Shown here in pieces: positions 60,134 to 64,000 of a stretch of DNA of 64,000 nt. Within the stretch, counting starts at the first letter, position 1; each line of letters starts with the position of its first letter. This stretch comes from the human T2T-CHM13v2.0 reference genome, Homo sapiens. The stretch lies in assembly GCF_009914755.1 (NCBI RefSeq), contig NC_060939.1; one strand, 5' to 3'. The position numbers and the translations under genes were made by a program. The notes below the pieces were generated by a model that worked only from the letters and a program-made list of their open reading frames with translations, ran no database searches and had not been told where the DNA came from.

Positions 60134-60395
60134 TGTAGTAGACTGAATTATTTCTGCCCAAAATCTATATGTTGAAGTCTTAACCACACTATAGCTCAGA
60201 ATGTGACTGTATTTGATCGGATCTTCAAAGAGTTAAGATAAAGTCATAGGATTGGCCCTAATCCAATATGGTGTTCGTATAAGAAGAGAAAATTTGGACA
60301 CAAACACACACAGAAGGAAGACCATGTGAAGACACAGGGAGAAGACAATCATCTATAGGCCAGAGTGAGGTCTCAGAGGAAACCAACACTGCACA
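60134..60395 (+). mobile_element. MLT1B-type LTR (3'-truncated)
   Basis: TGTAGTAGACTGAATT...TATGTTGAAGTCTTAACC...CCCTAATCCAATATG...GAAGACCATGTGAAGACACAGGGAGAAGAC. Confidence 0.85.
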
Positions 60396-61289
60396 AAGGA
60401 AACACACATCCTTTATTTTTGAATCGATAAATTTAGTTAAAATTAGGAATCATTTTTTCTCCAAAATAACATGATTTTTCAACTGAATTTAACCATTTTT
60501 TTCCCACGGAAAATCATTTTAGAATGGTAGACAATGCCTGCTTTATAAAGCAGGTGAGTTCTTATGACTCCTGAATTATTGTTGGTAGACTGCTTTAGAG
60601 GAAACACATTTTATTTCAATTCATCATTATCACATTACTCTAAAATACATATGAGCTGCCAATTTACAAAAATAACTAATTTTTTCTCACTTTCTAGTAA
60701 AGATGGGGAAAAAAGCTATTAAGAGATAAGAATCTAAGTCTGTTTACATTCCATGGATTTAAATAAGTTGAAATAGATTCAAGTATAATTATAGCACATA
60801 ATATTTCTATAATATCAGAACATAATTTTATGACAAGAGTACACAGCAAACTATAGTTTTGTGCATTGTATTCTAGTACCAACATTACTCCTGAAGTTCA
60901 CAAAATTCCCAGGCTCATCAATAACCACAAAACTCTATGTGTGAGCTCCAAGCAGTGTCAGTTTGTTCTTGTAATCGCTACACAGCTAGAGAAATGCATA
61001 GTGAAAAGATCAGAGCTTCAAAACTAATCTGATGAATAGTTATGGAAACAATAATATGAAAGTATTTTTAAAAGAGCATTTAAAATTGTTTTAATTAAAA
61101 AAAATGTGCTGCAAAGCACACAAGTAGGGAAAACTTACTCATTAAAGCTCAACTTAGTTAAAAGGAAGAGATGATTCAATTCTAAAATTGAGCCATTTGG
61201 GGTACCCAAAAGTGAAAGCACCATTCAACTGTGGCTTTTAATCAATCTCTGCTCCTCTTAAACTCTATAGAAGTATTTAAGAACCTAAC

Positions 61290-63255
61290 ACTTCAAACAC
61301 TCACAATAATCCAGCTAGACTGGATTTTTCAAGGGCAAGCACTGTGGCTTTTGTTTTCCTGTCTAGTATTTATCTTACTACCGTCTCCTCAAGCACAGAG
61401 CTGGGCACCAAGTATACATTCAGTAGATGGATGTCAGTTGCTCACGTTACTCTCTAACCTCAGGGAGACCTCTAGCATCTTTCTCTCTGCAACTATCAGC
61501 CATCTCCTGCCTTTACTTCTCTCTCTTTAAACTTTGGGCCCACGGTCTACTGCTTTGGCGACTCCCTTGCCATCTTCCTCAAATCTTCTGCCTCACTGAT
61601 GGTCGTTCCACTTGCCTAAAAAAGCTCCAAACCTGAGTCAGTTGAAACATCGCCACCCTGGCCTCCATTGAGACTACGCGATGCAGCTAGCAGAAAGCAC
61701 AGCCAAACACCTGATGCCAATACTAACATTGGCTTTTCAACCTCAGCTGCACCCTCGCTGCTGCCTGCCTGCCACAGTCCTTCATCAGCTTTCTCTCAGT
61801 TATGCACAGACTATTTCAAACGTTTTCCACTCCCCTAAAACTAGTCTCACCACGGATCTCCTCTTTCAGCCAAAGACCTCACCTCATACAGGAAACAGAA
61901 GTCCTTGAACTTTCTTTCACAAGCCTACATATGTGTCTGTGCCTCTCCCTATCATTCCTTTGTTTCTTTCTGGAACAATGAAAGAAGAGGCTGTCCCTTC
62001 ACCTAATCTCTGGAGCTCATCACTTTCAGTCTTCTCAGAGACATGGCTCAGTTGATGATTCCTTCTTTATCACTTCTGTCTTCAGCCTCTGCCTCTCTGG
62101 GGGTTCCTCGCTGTCAGCACTTTAAACATGCTCAAGTCTCTCTAGATTTAGAAATCACTGTCCCCTATTCCCCACATCACTTTGTGGTTACCTTCCTGCA
62201 CTTCATTGTCCCAGCAAATTTCTTGAAAGCATTGTTACATGTGCTGATTTTACCTCCTATGTGCACTTCCTCAGCCCACCATACCATGAAAACTTCTTTT
62301 CCCAAGTTAACCAAGTTTGTGACTATCTTGCAATTAATTCTCTGGACATTTTGGTCCGTATCTATGTGACTTCTTGGCAGCATGTGGCACTGTTGACTGC
62401 TATTATCCTTCATGAAATCTTCAACTTGACTTCTGTGACATTGATCTCCTCAGTTTTCTTCCTCTTGCCATTCTGACTGGTACTCTTCAGTCAAGCCCTT
62501 CTTCCCCTGACCATGGTGTTTTTCAAGTTTTTATTTGTATTGGTTTCTTAAGGCTGCCATAACAAAGTACCACAAATCAGGTGTGTTAAAACAACAGAAT
62601 TTTTTTCTCCCTCATTTCTGAAGACTGGAAGTCTAAAATCAAGTTTTCAGCCATGCCAGGCTCTGTCTGATGGCTCTGGAGGAAGATTCTTCCTTGCCTC
62701 TTCCTAGCTCCTCGTATCTTAGGTGCATCATTCTCATCTCTGCCTCCATAACCATCTCACCACATTTCTATCACTCTTTTGATAGAGTCCAAACCCCTCA
62801 GCATGAATTTCATGTTCTCTCATGGTCAAGCCTCTGAATTTCCTACCTTCAGTTCTCATGCTCTATGCTTCCGCCGTATTGAACTTCTTCCAGTTCTTCC
62901 AAGTTCCCATGTTTTCTCTCATTTCTTGCCCTCTCCACTGGTTATTCTCTCTGCCTGAGATATTTGTCATTTCTCTTTTCATCTGGCCATCTCACACTCA
63001 TTCTCCTTGTCTCAGTTAGATGTCACTTATTCAGACAGTCTTTCCTGAACCTGAGATTGAATTATGTACTTCTCCAATGACTGTTCATAGCACACTCTAC
63101 TTCCCCGTGATCACCCTTACCATAACCCTTTAACCATTTGTACTATACTGCACTATAAAACCCTTCATGATGCTTAGTACATTTAACTGAAGCCCTCAGC
63201 ACTGTGCCTGGCAAATAGTGCATGTAGAATAAGTATTTATAACATGAAAAATGAC
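61290..63255 (+). mobile_element. Extended L2 LINE fragments
   Basis: CCATGAAAACTTCTTTTCCCAAGTTAACCA; GGCAGCATGTGGCACTGTTGAC; CTCAGTTAGATGTCAC; CAGCACTGTGCCTGGCAAATAG...AATAAGTATTT tail. Confidence 0.65.
62536..62765 (-). mobile_element. MLT1A-C-type LTR fragment
   Basis: TGTATTGGTTTCTTAAGGCTGCCATAACAAAGTACCACAA...CTGGAAGTCTAAAATCAAG...TTCCTTGCCTCTTCCTAGCT. Confidence 0.85.
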
Positions 63256-63796
63256 ATACATACTACATACAAGCTTCTGGGAAAATGAGTTGAGTTCAGA
63301 ATACTGTATTCGTAGACTAACGTAGATATCCTTAAAACTAAGTTACAAAATTTCTTATGAATCATTGAGTAAAAACAAATATAGAAAAATAGATGCTTGG
63401 CATCCTTTAGCTCCCCTAACTTAACTCCTGCAGAATACTTATTGATTAAATTGAAATGTTAGAATAAAAAAGAATATCAAAGATATTTTCATAGCCCGAA
63501 ACAAAAGTTTATTCTAATATAAATGATTCTTAAATATGAAAAGAAGATGTCTTTTATGTAGAGTCCAGCCTAATTCGAAAGCAATAGATAGATAAACTGA
63601 AGGAGAAATTTCGTAACTTCATATTTTTCTCACCGTCATTTTTATTCTAATCCTTTTAACTAAGAAATACATCCTCCCTGCTTTTTCATATCCCTTGACC
63701 CAATTGCAACATCCATTTAGTCTAAGTAGGAGACACTAAGCCAAAACATGGCAACCATTTTCAAGTAATTGAATTTTGTCTTCCAGAAGAAAGAAC

Positions 63797-64000
63797 ATAT
63801 ACCTCAGAGATATTGTGGGCTCAATTCCAGACAACCAAAATGAAGTAAATATGATAAGAAAGCAAGTCACACAAAATTTTTTGTTTCCCAGTGCATATAA
63901 AAGTTATGTTTACAGTATAGTCTATTAAGTGTGCAATAGCATTATGTCTAAAATCAACATACATACCTTAATTTAAAAATATTGTATTGCTAAAAATATG
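63797..64000 (-). mobile_element. Tigger1 DNA transposon end (runs off the window)
   Basis: CATATACCTCAGAGATATTGTGGG...TTTCCCAGTGCATATAAAAGTTATGTTTACA...CTATTAAGTGTGCAATAGCATTATGTCT. Confidence 0.9.

Overview
This is AT-rich human genomic DNA, not a prokaryotic region; a human-specific AluYb8 segment at 1338-1514 indicates the species. I see no protein-coding gene, rRNA, tRNA, CRISPR array or CpG island. The ORF track consists of repeat-derived frames (Alu, L1, MaLR, ERVL) and short chance frames. Much of the window is interspersed repeats: eight Alu-family insertions, a ~5 kb L1PA13-16, many old L1M/HAL1/L2/MIR fragments, a complete MSTA MaLR provirus, an ancient ERVL pol-LTR33 remnant, solo LTRs and DNA transposons (MER1B, MER5A, MER47A, MER58A, Tigger1). 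The window is therefore intergenic or deep intronic. Two weak candidate non-coding exons lie on the + strand. I found no new biological system. The most notable observations are mutational footprints: an AluYb8 nested in a tail-less AluY beside an inverted Alu, a twin-primed L1 whose junction sits at a G-quadruplex, a local duplication that records the birth of a compound microsatellite, a templated-insertion scar in an AluJ, and three abutting palindromes. Subfamily names come from remembered consensus sequences, and the boundaries of old repeats are approximate.
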